A DNA stretch of 64,000 nt from positions 14,210,464 through 14,274,463 of the forward strand of contig NC_043011.1 of NCBI RefSeq assembly GCF_006345805.1, given 5' to 3'. The notes beneath the pieces were generated by a model, which worked only from the letters and a program-made list of their open reading frames with translations, was not told the origin of the DNA and did not search any database. Shown here in pieces: positions 38,674-51,897 of this stretch. This DNA comes from Octopus sinensis (lineage: Eukaryota). Numbering within the stretch: the first letter of the stretch is position 1; each line of letters starts with the position of its first letter. A program made the position numbers and the translations under genes.

Positions 38674-40488
38674 GCATACACATGAATGATCCTCATCGAA
38701 AAAGTCAAAGAACAAACTTCAGACATGTACCATACCATATTATATTATCAGTGATCTAATCATATACACAGGGTATATATAGATGTGTGTATGCTTGCAA
38801 ATTGTATACATTGTATGTTATATGTTATTAAAGTAATCTTTAAAATAATACAAGAACTCCCAATGAGGCGATTCGGAATCAATATTTATTTTTCTTCTTC
38901 TTTCCAGAAAAATCTAACAAATGGTTGAATGTTGCTTTTATGAACTGATGCCAGTGAACTTTCTCCATTCACCACCGAGCTAAGTGAATCGCGACTACAA
39001 TGTATGTCTTGTTATGTGTTGAAATAATACAATAAAGTTTAAACATACAAAACTAGTTCAAAACCCAGACAACTTCCCTATCAATTCACTGCTTAACATT
39101 ATTAAACTGTAACATAAGCAACATTTATTTGTGTTTAATCACAGGCATTTCTGATGTCGTTTAAACCCAAATAAGCTCTGGTCGAGTACGTCTACAAAGA
39201 CAAAGACATTCCAGTCTTACCCACCACGTCGTTTTGTTTATCAAGACATATCTAGAACTTTCCTTTCTTAAAACGACAGCATATAATTTGAGATAAAGCA
39301 TGACCATTATTTTAACAGGTCTAGCGATAAACTCCCTTAGGTTTCTTGAGATGGATGGCACCGCATTCATTTGCTGTCTTCTTCATATTCTGGCATTAAT
39401 AAAGTGTTGAGGTGTTAGTTAACCAATGAAACTTAACTATAGTTAAATGAGAGTTTAAAGGAGGAGAATTAACAAACACTTTGGAATTTGATTCGAGCTA
39501 ATCCAAAGACTGAGTCTTCGGTGAAGCAATGATAGATATATTCAGCCTCGACTGCTCGACAGAATACAGTCCATATGGATGTTTTGGTATAAGGTATTAG
39601 GGTTTGGTTAAATTTTAAGAATGTTTACGATAACCTGATGTCAGACTTGACAACTGAATATAAATCTGATAATACATCATTAGATTATTTACACATGTGT
39701 TTATTTACCTGAGTATCTCATAAAACAGGTAGATAAACGAACACACTTATGTGTGGATGTGTATGTATGCACATACAGATCGCATACACACTCAGACTGA
39801 TGGTTCCTTGCTATTCTATACTTTATCCTATAGAATATTATAAATAGCCCGTCCTAAAAGATAGATGAAAATATTTACGCCAACAAATGCGATAACAATA
39901 CAGTCTATTCCAAAAGTTTAAATATAGTAATTTATATAAATATAATGATTTGATTTATCCTATTTCTCATCGTAATTGTTATGTGCAACACAAGCACAAC
40001 TCTTATATACCAATTCACCAAATTCTAATTCTATAAGTAAATATGAAAATAAATGACGTTATCCTTGTATGAAATAAGGAAAGATTGTTCAATTAAACTA
40101 AAGATAATATCATTTTCAAAGTTCATCCATGTACATACATTCATCGATTATGGATTCATTCAGCTTTAACATGGATAGAAATTAGTGGTAAGACGGTAGC
40201 GTTGTTCCAAAAGTACAAGGCCATATGTTTAAAAGTTACTGGTAGCTTTATGAAAAGATATTCAGCCGATGCAGTTCCACATCTGATAAAAATGGTACAG
40301 TCTCCACTTCATTGTTTACAGACTGGAATTACAAAAGGCGTACAAAACACCTGCTTCAATTCAAATGTAAGATTGCACGGCATCATAATATGGAATTAAA
40401 AAAAGATTAAATTACGTAAATATATATATAAATATAAACACATAGTTATGTGTATGCGATAAGTCTCAATAAATGTATGACTATTATA

Positions 40489-40526
<38 letters not shown>

Positions 40527-41987
40527 CACAGAGAGAGTCGTACACATGTAGGGGCTTACCGGAATGTGTATATATATATTTTAATATTTCACTTCGGTAG
40601 AGCGAGTCATAGATATATAGAGACTTATCGGAATATACATACACACACGTGCGTGTGTGTGTATTACTGTATATGCGGGTCCAAAGAAATTATATGTGGT
40701 AGACAATCATCATCGACCTCGAGGGATTGCAGACGTCGGATATACATTTGTCTATAATCATAAGTATGTGTATATGACTATATACCTGTGTGCGTGTATA
40801 TATGTGTGTGTGTGTGTGTGTGTGTGGTCAGATGTGTTTGTATAAATGACTACATAGACATGATGAAAATGTATGTCCGCGCCTGTGTCTGGGTGTGTAT
40901 GAATATGTGTGTATATATGTGTGTATATATTCTCGGCCCTCACTGATTGAATGGATCGTTACATTTTCAAATAGAAACAATCCGAGGAATTAATGTTCAA
41001 CCGAGAAACATTTTGACAAATTTTCGCAGAAATTATTTAATTTCTGTTTAAGGTGCGTGTGTATTTAGCTGTATATTTATCGGTTTATATATACAAGTCA
41101 TTCATCTATAATTGTATACACATATACACGCAAACACAAAAACGCATATACACACTGTATGTGTGCGTATGGCTCAATATACTTATGCGTGAGTATATAG
41201 TTACGTATGCTTAAATATACGGCAATACTTTCTATGTGAATGTGTGATTATGTTTATATATATATATATATGCATTACATATTTTGTAAATACTATTATA
41301 TAAACATAAATACACACATACACACACGTGTGTATATCTGTATACACGCACACCACATCATTTGTAACTGAGAGCCCGTCCCATCATTGATTTCGTATTT
41401 CCACCGTATACGAACTCTGGACTGAAAATTCAGATTTACCCATGGATCAATTTTGAGTTATTTTGTCTTGTAGACTTCATTAAATTAGTCTCTATCGAAC
41501 TTAGACTAAAATTACAGTGTTTGTTAAGCAAATATAGTGTAGCGATGAAAACGCTCTCAGGTCCCCCCATGCAACATATATATATACACACGCTACTCAC
41601 AGAAACTGTTCACAAAGCAAAGGGGTTGCATTTAACCCCGTCACTCAAAAATAGCTTTCTCCGGGCAGATTGTTAGTGAATGGGGGTATTGTTTTCTGAC
41701 AATATTTTAATTAAAAAGTAATAGACTCTGATATCGAGGCCAACAGATATGCAGAAATTAACGTGAAACCGATCTCTTTAACACATACACACGCATAGAT
41801 ACGTACACATACATAACACTGAAGTGGTAGCAGTAGCATGCCATTCAAGAGACGGAATTTCCTCAAATTCTATCTGTAATAATACCATCGGATCGAACCT
41901 ATCGCGGAGACTAAAGTACTATAGACGTTGAGAAAGGAATCAGCAAGGATTTGATACTTTAATTACGACATTTAACGACCAACTTAC

Positions 41988-42044
41988 CTTGAAAACATCA
42001 AAAACATACTGGATGAGGGTAAAACCATAACACCTGACGGCCAT
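41988..42044 (-). CDS. Candidate first coding exon MAVRCYGFTLIQYVFDVFK
   Basis: AAGAACATGGCC start context, donor AAG|GTAAGT, phase 0 compatible with exon 34277-34411. Confidence 0.35.
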
Positions 42045-42069
42045 GTTCTTTACTGCTGGCAAAGTCGGA

Positions 42070-42110
42070 CATTTTGATTGGACGAAATCTCAAAATTTCA
42101 ACCAATCAGA
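42070..42110. promoter_or_regulatory. Paired opposed CCAAT boxes, candidate (bidirectional) promoter
   Basis: ATTGG at 42077 and AACCAATCAGA at 42100-42110, ~30 bp upstream of the candidate ATG, at a sharp CpG boundary. Confidence 0.45.
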
Positions 42111-42696
42111 GAAACTGACATATAATGGTAGTAAAGGAAGATAAGACAACTCAAACTTGAGAAGACCTCCCCTTTCCATCTCTAAAAATGATACATAATT
42201 TTTTGTACTTTGACTCTGTTTCCTAAAAATGTTCTTTCAAATATGTTTATGGATGGAAGAGACTTTACAAATATAATTTCTACTTATTTATTATTGCAGA
42301 ACAAATTGGAAGTAAACTGAGAAAGTATTTTCTTATCCCTTTCTGTGTGATAGTTGACAGTAAAAAGAGAACTTTTGTTAAGTTTAAAAAGAACAATTAC
42401 TTCCTCTGCATCAGTCTAAATGGTAAAATTAATTTGGGAAGAGGAATAACTGAGTGACATTCTCAGAGATAATGTTTACTTTGAACTCTAAGTGTGTAGT
42501 AATTGAAGGAAAAACATACAGAAAAGGTAGTTTCAGAAAGATCAGATTCTGAGGAAGAAAATAATAGAAAGGCCAAGAGGATGAGAGAACAGTGAAACTA
42601 TTAAGTTTTTATATAGCAGTGGTAATACAGTCAATAAGAAGCTGAGAGGCCTTTGCTGAAGCAGTGGCAGGAAAGAGAAGAACAAATTCAAACTAT

Positions 42697-43090
42697 TGTG
42701 GTAAGAAGCTTGCTTCCCAACCACATGGTTCCGGGTTCAGTCCTACTGCGTGGCACCTTGGGCAAGTGTCTTCTGCTATAGCCTCGGGCCGACCAAAGCC
42801 TTGTGAGTGGATTTGGTAGACGGAAACTGAAAGGAGCCTGTCGTATGTATATATATTATATATATATGTATGTGTGTGTATATGTTGTGTATCTGTGTTT
42901 GTCCCCCCCACCATCGCTTGACAACCGATGCTGGTGTGTCTATGTCCCCGTCACTTAGCGGTTCAGCAAAAAGAGACCGATAGAATAAATACTAGGCTTA
43001 CAAAGAATAAGTCCTGGGGTCGATTTGCTTGACTTACGGTAGTGCTCCAGCATGACCGCAGTCAAATGATTGAAATGAGTAAAAGAGTAA
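42697..43090 (+). mobile_element. SINE family A
   Basis: Near full length. Confidence 0.85.
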
Positions 43091-43329
43091 TTGAGAAATA
43101 TTTGTGAGGGAAAAAAAAAGTTTGACAAATAGCTGGATGGAGGTTTTCAAGATACAATCCAGAGTAGGTGAATGCGTGTAGGAGAGAGACAGGCAGACAG
43201 ACAGCAAAAGAAATAGGGGTGAGTAAAGGACATTTGGGCTCAGTATGCCAGCTGTCTGAACAGTACTGCAGTGTTTGACAAACTTTATATAGGGATCAGT
43301 AGCATTTCAAACCTTAACTAAGACCCTCC

Positions 43330-43645
43330 ACCCTTCGGTCATGACACAGACCATGGGATTGCACCTAGAAAGTTACCCTCCCGGGCACAAGTCTGGGCAA
43401 GGTTATTTATGGAAGACCAGCAGTCGCCCATGCATACCAGCCTCCCCTCTCCACACCACCAGTGTTATCCAAGGGAAAGGCAAAGGGGCCGATACAGCTT
43501 GGCACCTGTGACGTCGAAACTCATTTCTACAGCTGAGTGAACTGGAGCAACGTGAAATAAAGTGTCTTGCTCAAGAACACAACACGCAGCCCAGTCCAGG
43601 ATTCGAGCTCACAACCTCATGATCGTAAGCTCGACGCTCTAACCA
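43330..43645 (-). mobile_element. tRNA-derived CORE-like SINE
   Basis: GGCACGTGGCTCAGTGGTTAGAGCG..CTTGAGCAAGACACTTTATTTCAC..CACTCAGCTGT..AATGAGT. Confidence 0.75.
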
Positions 43646-43714
43646 CTGAGCCACGTGCCTTCACTAATGAGGGCACAACTACCAATGTAATTAGTTGTAC
43701 CTTAGAATAATTCT

Positions 43715-43978
43715 TTTACTTGTTTCAGTCATTTGACTGCAACCATGCTGGAGCAACGCCTTAACGGATTTTTTAGTTGAAGAAATCAGCACCAGGACTT
43801 ATTTTTTGTAAGCTTAGTACTTATTCTATTGGTCTCTTTTGCCAAACTGCTAAGTTATGGAATGTAAACAGGCCAAGATCAGTTGTCAAGTGAAGGTCGG
43901 GGGACAAACACAGACAAAACCACACTCACATAAATATATACATACATACATCTACATATATATATGTATATGTATGTA

Positions 43979-44020
<42 letters not shown>

Positions 44021-44217
44021 TTTATATATATAAACATATATATATAAAAACATATATATATATGTATATACGATGGGCTTCTTTCAGTTTCCGTCTGCCA
44101 AATCCACTCACAAGGCTTTGGTCTGCCCAAGGCTATAGTAGAAGACACTTGGCCAAGGTGCCACACGGTGGAACTGAACCTGGAACCATACAGTTGGGAA
44201 GCAAGCTTCTTACCACA
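43715..44217 (-). mobile_element. SINE family A
   Basis: Family motifs with long (TA)n. Confidence 0.8.
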
Positions 44218-44479
44218 TTGGAAACAGTTTCCTTGTGCAAGTGTTGTTAATCAAAACCACCAGATATCAGATGCTTGTAGGTTCTTAGAGATCTTCAGGA
44301 GAGAATGAACATTTGGGTGGGTGGGGTCCTTTTTTTCAGTGTACTGGTACCCCATCATTGACATGAGGCTCCACCTCCTGGCCTGACTGACTAGTATTCA
44401 AGCTAAATCCATTTTGGGATCATCACAACATGCAAATAATGGAGTCATGCAGGTCTGATTTGCACCATAGCCAAACAGG

Positions 44480-44848
44480 TCCTTGCCTCACACCTACACA
44501 TACCTCTCCAACCAGGTTTCATCCCTTTTCACCAATATCCAATAGCTGGCTCTTTCAACTGTTGACTAGATTTGTTTCAAGATGGTGTTTGATGATGATT
44601 GATGCTGACTGATAGCAGCCACTGTCTAAGTGTCTAAGTCCAGTTCCAATAAAGCCTCCATGCCCATCTTCTACAAGAAAGTGGCCGCAGGAGTGGCTGT
44701 GTGGTAAGTAGCTTGCTAACCAACCACATGGTTCCGGGTTCAGTCCCACGGCTTGGCATCTTGAGCAAGTGTCTTCTGCTATAGCCCCGGGCCGACCAAT
44801 GCCTTGTGAGTGGTTTTGGTAGACGGAAACTGAAAGAAGCCTGTCGTA

Positions 44849-44914
<66 letters not shown>

Positions 44915-45420
44915 TTGTCTCCCTAGCATTGCTTGACAACCGATGCTGGTGTGTTTACATCCCCGTCACTTAGCGGTTCAGCAAAAAAGAGACTGATAGA
45001 ATAAGTACTGGGCTTACAAAGAATAAGTCCTGGGGTCGCTTTGCTCGACTAAAGGCGGTGCTCCAGCATGGCCGCAGTCAAATGACTGAAACAAGTAAAA
45101 GAGTAAAAATGAGTAGTACTCCAGTGAGCATCTTTACAATCTTCTAGTCACACCTCATAACACTTGGCTTTCCTAACCTGAGCAGCATTGATATTATCCT
45201 CATGTGGAACAGTTTATTCAACAAGGTCTACTATCTTACATTCCTCAATCAGAATACCATATCAGGCTTTTTCCTTACTCATTTTGGAAAGAGGTGTTCA
45301 TACCCTAAAAGATATACTGTTACCTCCCAAACTCCATATCAGTTCTCAATATTCACAGCTTTCCCCTCCTGTTTTAGGCAACCATCTTGACCCTAATGAA
45401 TAAATGATAGCTAATAACTC
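44480..45420 (-). mobile_element. HERO-like (R2/NeSL group) non-LTR retrotransposon, restriction-like endonuclease remnant, split by a SINE
   Basis: KPDMVF..KIVDLVE*TVPHEDNINAAQVRKAKCY..CKDAHWSTTH|FLVEDGHGGFIG..STVERASYWILVKRDETW (frameshifted). Confidence 0.7.
44692..45108 (+). mobile_element. SINE family A inserted in the HERO remnant
   Basis: Full-length young copy. Confidence 0.85.
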
Positions 45421-46007
45421 TCATGAAAAAAAAAGAGATGACAGAGGTGGAAAAAGTTTTTAGGAACTAGAGAAATAAGGTCCATGTGGCCAAGGCTTGG
45501 CAAGGATATGGGAACAGACACCATAAAGCCCATCCTCTTTTTCATGAGTTTAAAAGTTGTAGATCACCATTCCCCAGCAGATGTACAATATACATCTGAA
45601 AGAGTTTGGTCTCTGAAAATTTTTAAGTTATAAAATTCTTGAAAGTTGTTGGAAATCTTTTCTAAGAGATCTGTTAATGTCTGTATTTTATTTCCTAAAA
45701 TTACAAGCTTGCTGAATGGGCTCATAGAAAAAACATTATATGATTTCCAGATGGCAGATGGGAATATTCCACCCCCTCCCATTTCTATTGCTGGCTACAT
45801 GTGTATAACAAAGATGTTCTCTCCTAAGCTTTGCACCACACCATCTCAAGAATCAAAGACTTATTTTTAAAAATGCAGTTTCAAAAGTATTTAAGCATAT
45901 CATAGTTTACTATGAATTTACAATAATCTTATAATTTTCAAAATAACTGTGGAGTTAACATGGATACAGCTAGTTGTTTATGATTTAACTTTTGTTTATT
46001 CTATATT

Positions 46008-46255
46008 GTGGAGGCACGTGGCTTAGTGGTTAGGGTGTTAGCACCATGATCGTAAGATTGTGGTCTTGATTCCTGGACCAGGTAATGCGTTGTGTCCTTG
46101 AACAAAACACTTCATTTCACGTTGCTCCAGTCCACTCAACTGGCAAAAATGAGTAACGCTGTAATGGACTGGCATCCCGTCCAGCTAGGGAACACATACG
46201 CCATAGAAACCGGGAAACCAGACCCATGAGCCTGGCTAGGTTTTAAAGGGCGCAT
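46008..46255 (+). mobile_element. CORE-like SINE with family C-type tail
   Basis: GGAGGCACGTGGCTTAGTGGTTAGGG..CCATGAGCCTGGCTAGG. Confidence 0.7.
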
Positions 46256-46589
46256 TTATTATTTTTATTCTATATTATCTTTTCTACAACTACAAGGACA
46301 GACTACTAAATATATGGTAATGTACCAAGGGGCTGACTGCTACCTAGAACAAATCAATGAACCCTACCTATCCAGGATCATTTTGACTACCAATGATAAG
46401 TGCCCTCCCCCAGCAGTCATTCCCCATTAATCAAGTGCATGCAGGGTGTAAGTTCATACACTTTGGACATGCTCTCTGCTCTCATTCACGTTTAAAAATT
46501 TTACAGAGATGCAGTCTTCTTTAACACCACTTTCCTTTCTAAGTAGAATATTAAAAATTTGGTGAGATTTTTGCTAAAGTAGAAAGTGT

Positions 46590-47008
46590 GGATCTTTTTG
46601 GTTTGAACGGCAGTTTTTTCTAGCGGTGTCATATGAAATTGTCACCCATAATTATGACCCTAGTATCGATCTATTGCATTTCAATCTGTTTTAGGGTTAG
46701 GGTTAGTTAGGGCTAGGGATTGGGGCAAGGGTATCTTTTTTCTTCTTCACAAATGTAAATAAACCCAATCTGTTTCTTAAACGAGGGACGTATTCATACA
46801 GCACAGAATGTTTTTTACCTCAATAGACGTCATTGATTGGTTGAAATTGAAGAAAAAAACAACAAATATCTTACAAACCATAGAATTTTCTCAATAAAGC
46901 CAAGAGAAAAAAATGTTTTATAAACACATTCTACCAGTATACGAAGTTTAAAATTTTTTAGTTACCTAGAAATTATGTTAAAAACTGCCGTTCAAACCGA
47001 AAAGATCC
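46590..47008 (+). mobile_element. MITE copy 5
   Basis: TIRs; TSD GAAAGTGT/AAAAGTGT. Confidence 0.9.
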
Positions 47009-47029
47009 AAAAGTGTTTGTCCTCAGCCT

Positions 47030-48480
47030 TTTCAAGTGCATCTGTCTCTTTTGCCTGAGCTACCAGATAAACCAAAGCTGCCTGTCATTCCTAGCTTGCC
47101 AAGGAAGGCAACAGGGAAGTTTTTGCAATGGATTCAATCGATAGCTGAATCTGTTTTACACATGTCAACACCTTTTATCAAAACATCACAAGTCAGCAAT
47201 GCTTGGACTCTGAACGAATACATACACAGCAATTTCATCACTCTGAATACATCGTGAATGGGCCCCATTGATTATGCCTGTAGAATTTTTCTTAATTGAG
47301 CAATGACCCCCCCCCCCCACTCCCTTGCAGTTTTGCAGAGCAAAGAATTTCTGAGTTATCAAAGTCTTTAAGGCAAATGAAAGTTCTTCAGAATAAACTA
47401 GTCAGTTGTTTCTTGTTGACTCTCAGAGTTTGCCCAAGAACGCCATCACAGCCCACCACCACCACCACACCTCTAGCTACCTATAGAATGCCAACATGAA
47501 GGTTCCACCAGCCTCATTGCACTGCTAGTAGAGGGCTGGGAGTGTCTGAGAGCATTTCAGATGTCATGCAACAAGTCCTCCTCTAACAAGTCCCAAGATT
47601 ACTGCACCATCAAAGAAAGACTTGCTAGGGAAAATGTACTTTTCTGACAAACAGTGATCAAACCTCATCTTCAAAGAATCTCTGTAGATACTGCAGCCTT
47701 GGCATTTGTGCATCATTTACCAGGAAATCCCCAATTTTCTATGAAGAGAAAGTTGGTAATAGAAGGATTGCCTAGCCAATAGAATGTGTTCTTTCCACAG
47801 ATGGAAGGTCAGTCACTCCAATTTGACCAGACAAGAACTGAGACAAGGAAAGATGGTCAAACGATAACGTAGATAATATACAACTTGCTGACTCTGCAAG
47901 CCATTTTAGAGACAGTTATCTCCTCTCAGCCCATTATTGGGTAACACTGGCTATCCTGCTCATAATCTCGTCCCATTTCTTATTCCTTAAAGGTTCACAC
48001 CAAACCGTATTCCAAGCAACTTCACCAGTCTTTCACAGAAGCAACCCAAAATACTTGTCTGCAGTATGGTCTTATACTTTCAGTCGCTGAGCTGCAAGCA
48101 AGCTGAGTCACCATGTTACACTTTGCTCCTGTCTCCACCTCACATTTGTTTAGATGATGCTGGTGGTGTCATTCAGACATACCAACAAGACCCTCCATAG
48201 TTTTGGACAGTACGCCCCTCAACAATCACAGTTTTTTCCATTAATGACTCAACAGTCAAAACACATAGACGGTAACTGAGTGTGTGATGCAAAACAGATC
48301 CATTTGGTGGCCATTTTGTCTGCCTGCTGAGCAAACATGATTCAGCTTCTGGAAATAGGACCAAAACTGACAATTCTAAGAGCAGCCACCAAGTAACGAT
48401 GATTGATTGTAAAGAAAGCTTTTGAGTGATCCAAATTGACCCCACCAAAACAAGTTTGTTTACTCTATGATGTATTGCAT
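47030..48480 (-). mobile_element. Heavily decayed LINE-like sequence (CR1/L2 group?)
   Basis: Only scattered motifs (DHL-like, EKAE) with many stops; CpG-depleted. Confidence 0.3.
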
Positions 48481-48547
48481 GAAGTGGGGTTTGTTGTAAA
48501 TTAATCTTTCTGGGATTGCGCAACTCTGTACCTTACCACTTACATTA

Positions 48548-48853
48548 TATTTGTTCCTTCTCGAGCCACGCCTGGCTCATAAGGGCCGGTTTCCCGGTTT
48601 CTTTGGCATATAGGTTCCCCACCTGGATGGGACGCCGGTCCGTCGCAGGTGAGCTGCAAGATGCAGGAGATGAAAGAGTGAGAGAAAGTTGTGGCAAAAG
48701 AGTCAGCAGAAGTTCGCCATTACCTTCTGCCAGAGCCGCGTGGAGCTTAGGTGTTTCGCTCATAAACACACACATCGCCTGGTCTGAGAATCGAACCCGC
48801 GATCCCCTTGACTGTGAGTCCGCTGCTCTAACCACTAGGCCATGTGCCTCCAC
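48548..48853 (-). mobile_element. SINE family C
   Basis: Full length; ~14 bp TSD TACCACT(T/C)ACATTA. Confidence 0.9.
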
Positions 48854-48973
48854 TACCACTCACATTACCAACAACAAGTGCCTATTCATGAGTTTTAGTT
48901 CTGACAACTGTCATGTTTCGCATTGAAGAAATAGTTATGAAACATTCTCACTGATAGCACATTGGTCACAATG

Positions 48974-49276
48974 TGGAGGCACATGGCCTAGTGGTTAGAG
49001 CAGTGGACTCGCGGTCGAAGGATCGCAGGTTCAAATCTCAGACCGGGCGGTGTGTGTGTTTATGAGCAAAACACCTAAGCTCCATGCGGCTCCGGCAGAA
49101 GGTAATGGCAAAACTTCTGCTGACTCTTTCACCACAACTTTCTCTCACTCTTTCCTCCTGCATCTTGCAGCTCACCTACGACTGACTGGTGTCCCGTCCA
49201 GGTAGGGGAACCTATATGCCAAGAAACCGGGAAACCGGCCCTTATGAGCCAGGCATGGCTCGAGAAGGAATAAACA
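48974..49276 (+). mobile_element. SINE family C
   Basis: Full length; 15 bp TSD ACATTGGTCACAATG. Confidence 0.9.
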
Positions 49277-49449
49277 ACATTGGTCACAATGCTTTTTCTC
49301 ATCTTATCCCCCTCATTTGCTTGCTAAGACTCCTTCTATCTATTTTCTCTTATTTATTTGCTGTTTTTCATAATCCTATCAATTTCACTCTAATTATCCC
49401 GACACTACCAATCCACAAATTCAATAATCTGTTTGCTCCTTTGCTCCTT

Positions 49450-50940
49450 GTCTGCGCATTCTATCTAGGGTGATTGATTGTGCAGTCTATAAATCTGTGC
49501 TGAATGGAAGCAACCAGTTGATCTGCTGATCTAATAAATAACCATTATAGATATGATCTGAATGATTCAGTACAGTTACTCTACCACCACTCTGATACAT
49601 TCAGCACCTGTCAAATAATTTAAACTGTCTGTGCATGTTTAAAAGGCTTTTACACAAGGCTTTTTCATCTATAGGTATGCATTGTATTATTCCAACGTGC
49701 ATCAAAAACAATATTCCAGTCTAACACTAGTACTTAAGATTGAGACGTTTTCAAGATTGCTTATATATACCTATGAAGAAATTTAACATCCATACTACAG
49801 TCAGAACATTGGAATTCACTAATTTAAAGCTGCTATCAATGTTGCTGCTGACTGGTAACAATTGTTATGTGGAACTTCAAAGGAAGTGCTTGAATTTTCT
49901 TGCCAATTAATTCCAGGGTTGGTATCAGATTAAGCAGCCAATCTTCTTATTTCAGATTACCATAAATTTATGGCACTCATTGGAGGTAAACTACTTTCCA
50001 TAAAGGATCTCTTGTTTCTTATTTGCCATTTGTCTAGGCTCCTCAATTTTTTAGTCCACTGTTTTTTCTTAGTAGTTTCCAACCCTTTTCTAATCTCCAT
50101 TTCCTCATTACTGTTATGCAGTGGGGTGGTACTGCTAGTGGTTGTCTCTAGGCAGTTCGATGGTGGAGGCACATGGCCTAGTGGTTAGAGCAGTGGACTT
50201 GCGGTCGAAGGATCGCTGGTTCGAATCTCAGACCGGATGATGTGTGTGTTTATGAGCGAAACACCTAAGCTCCACGCGGCTCCAGCAGAAGGTAATGGTG
50301 AAACTTCTGCTGACTCTTTTGCCACAACTTTCTCACACTCTTTCCTCCTGCATCTTGCAGCTCACCTGTGATGGACCGGTGTCCCATCCAGGTGGGGAAC
50401 CTATATGCCAAGAAACCAGGAAACCAGCCCTTATGAGCCAGGCATGGCTCGAGAAGGAACAAACAACAACTAGGCAGTTCTATGCTGAAGAAGAGATCCC
50501 ATGGTTTTTTAGCTATTATTGGTCTCTGGTGCTAATCGCACTAAGAATGAGACAATCTTATTTGTTTGCACCAAGGTCATTTGTGAAACTGTTGTAAAAG
50601 TGACTCTGCAATACTCTCTCTATCCTTTGCTCTTCTTCCAGATAATAGATCTTTACTACCACATGTGTAGCAGTTTGGCTTTTTACCCTGCACTACCAGT
50701 CTAACTGACTTTCACTTCAGTCTCTAAATGCAATACAACTCTGAGATTGCCAGGTCCTAATGACCCTCTTCAGGATCCATTAGGACCAATCTGAATGTCC
50801 GTACAGAATCCATCCAGTTACCTATTGTTGCAAATCACCTTTTGGATCCCATGTCTATAGTGTTGCACAAAGGTAATTACAAAACATGAGTCATTGTCTA
50901 TGCTAATATATCTTGTCATGACCCTACTATTTTTGAGTCC
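49450..50940 (-). mobile_element. Decayed L1/Tx1-like ORF1 and start of ORF2
   Basis: RLVVQGKKPNCYTCGS zinc-knuckle-like motif; GGRVTVL endonuclease-like motif downstream; many stops. Confidence 0.35.
50159..50469 (+). mobile_element. SINE family C
   Basis: Full length; 11 bp TSD CTAGGCAGTTC. Confidence 0.9.
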
Positions 50941-51474
50941 CCTACAGGACTGGTCCCAGGAATTTTTCAAAGGGAGGGCACTAGGTCAGCAAGAAATACA
51001 ATTCCGGGAAAAAAGGGTATAATAACATTATATAGAAGGGTGCACTTCCTTTCTCGAGGGGGCACATGACCCTCAGACCCACCCCACTTGGGTCCGCCCC
51101 TGTCCTATGCTATAGTTTGTAACCAGGAGCTCAATACATCTGCTCTCCTTGTCTCCTCACCTCGGCCTTGGTCTTCAGCATACATTGACCAAAGCTTCTC
51201 CTAAGTTTCCCTTTGAGGAGCTACAGAAGTTCACTGCTATTGTTTCTCATAAAGAAAACAGAGATATGTCACATTCTTTCTTACTCTTTCCTGGAGAAAC
51301 CCTAACCCTAACCCTAACCCAATCTTTTGTGTCACACATTTCCCATTGTTTCTCCTTTTAATTGAGTTGGCCTAAACTGAGTGCCTCTTTCTAAGAGACT
51401 TCCAACACAGTAATTGCTGGTAGCTTGGTTTCATTATGTTTTCTTTTGTTCTTTAGTTTTTTTTAATAATTTTA

Positions 51475-51783
51475 CCAGCAGTATCGCCCGGCGTTGCTCG
51501 AGTTTGTAAGGGAAATAACTATATAAGCATTTTTAGAGAGTTACTTCTCTTATATAAACCGAGCAAAAAATGCATTAAAAATGCGAAAAAATGATGGTAA
51601 ATTTTTTTTTAAATCGTAGACTCATCATAGACGCGCGCTAATACCCAAAAGGGCTCGATATGAATCACAACTATAAGATACCTGCTTTTGGTTAAACTGC
51701 ACCGCAAAATGTGGGAGTAGTTAGGAATCTAAATCGGAGGAGACAGACTCTCACACACACAACTTCAGTTTTATATATAAAGA
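51475..51783 (-). mobile_element. Non-autonomous Helitron
   Basis: A|TCTTTATATATAAA 5' end; 3' GAGCAACGCCGGGCGATACTG-CTGG|T; inserted between A and T. Confidence 0.75.
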
Positions 51784-51897
51784 TGTATTTATTTACTTAC
51801 TTATTTATTGCTGCTCTAAGTGATTTTTTGCCTTTCTCCACCTTTTTCTTCGTTACCGACGAAGTAGAATTGATACTCAGAACCTTTGGATGTTACT

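Noticed and set aside
48974-49050. tRNA genes at SINE heads
   Set aside because: They have A/B boxes but no complete cloverleaf and continue directly into SINE bodies.
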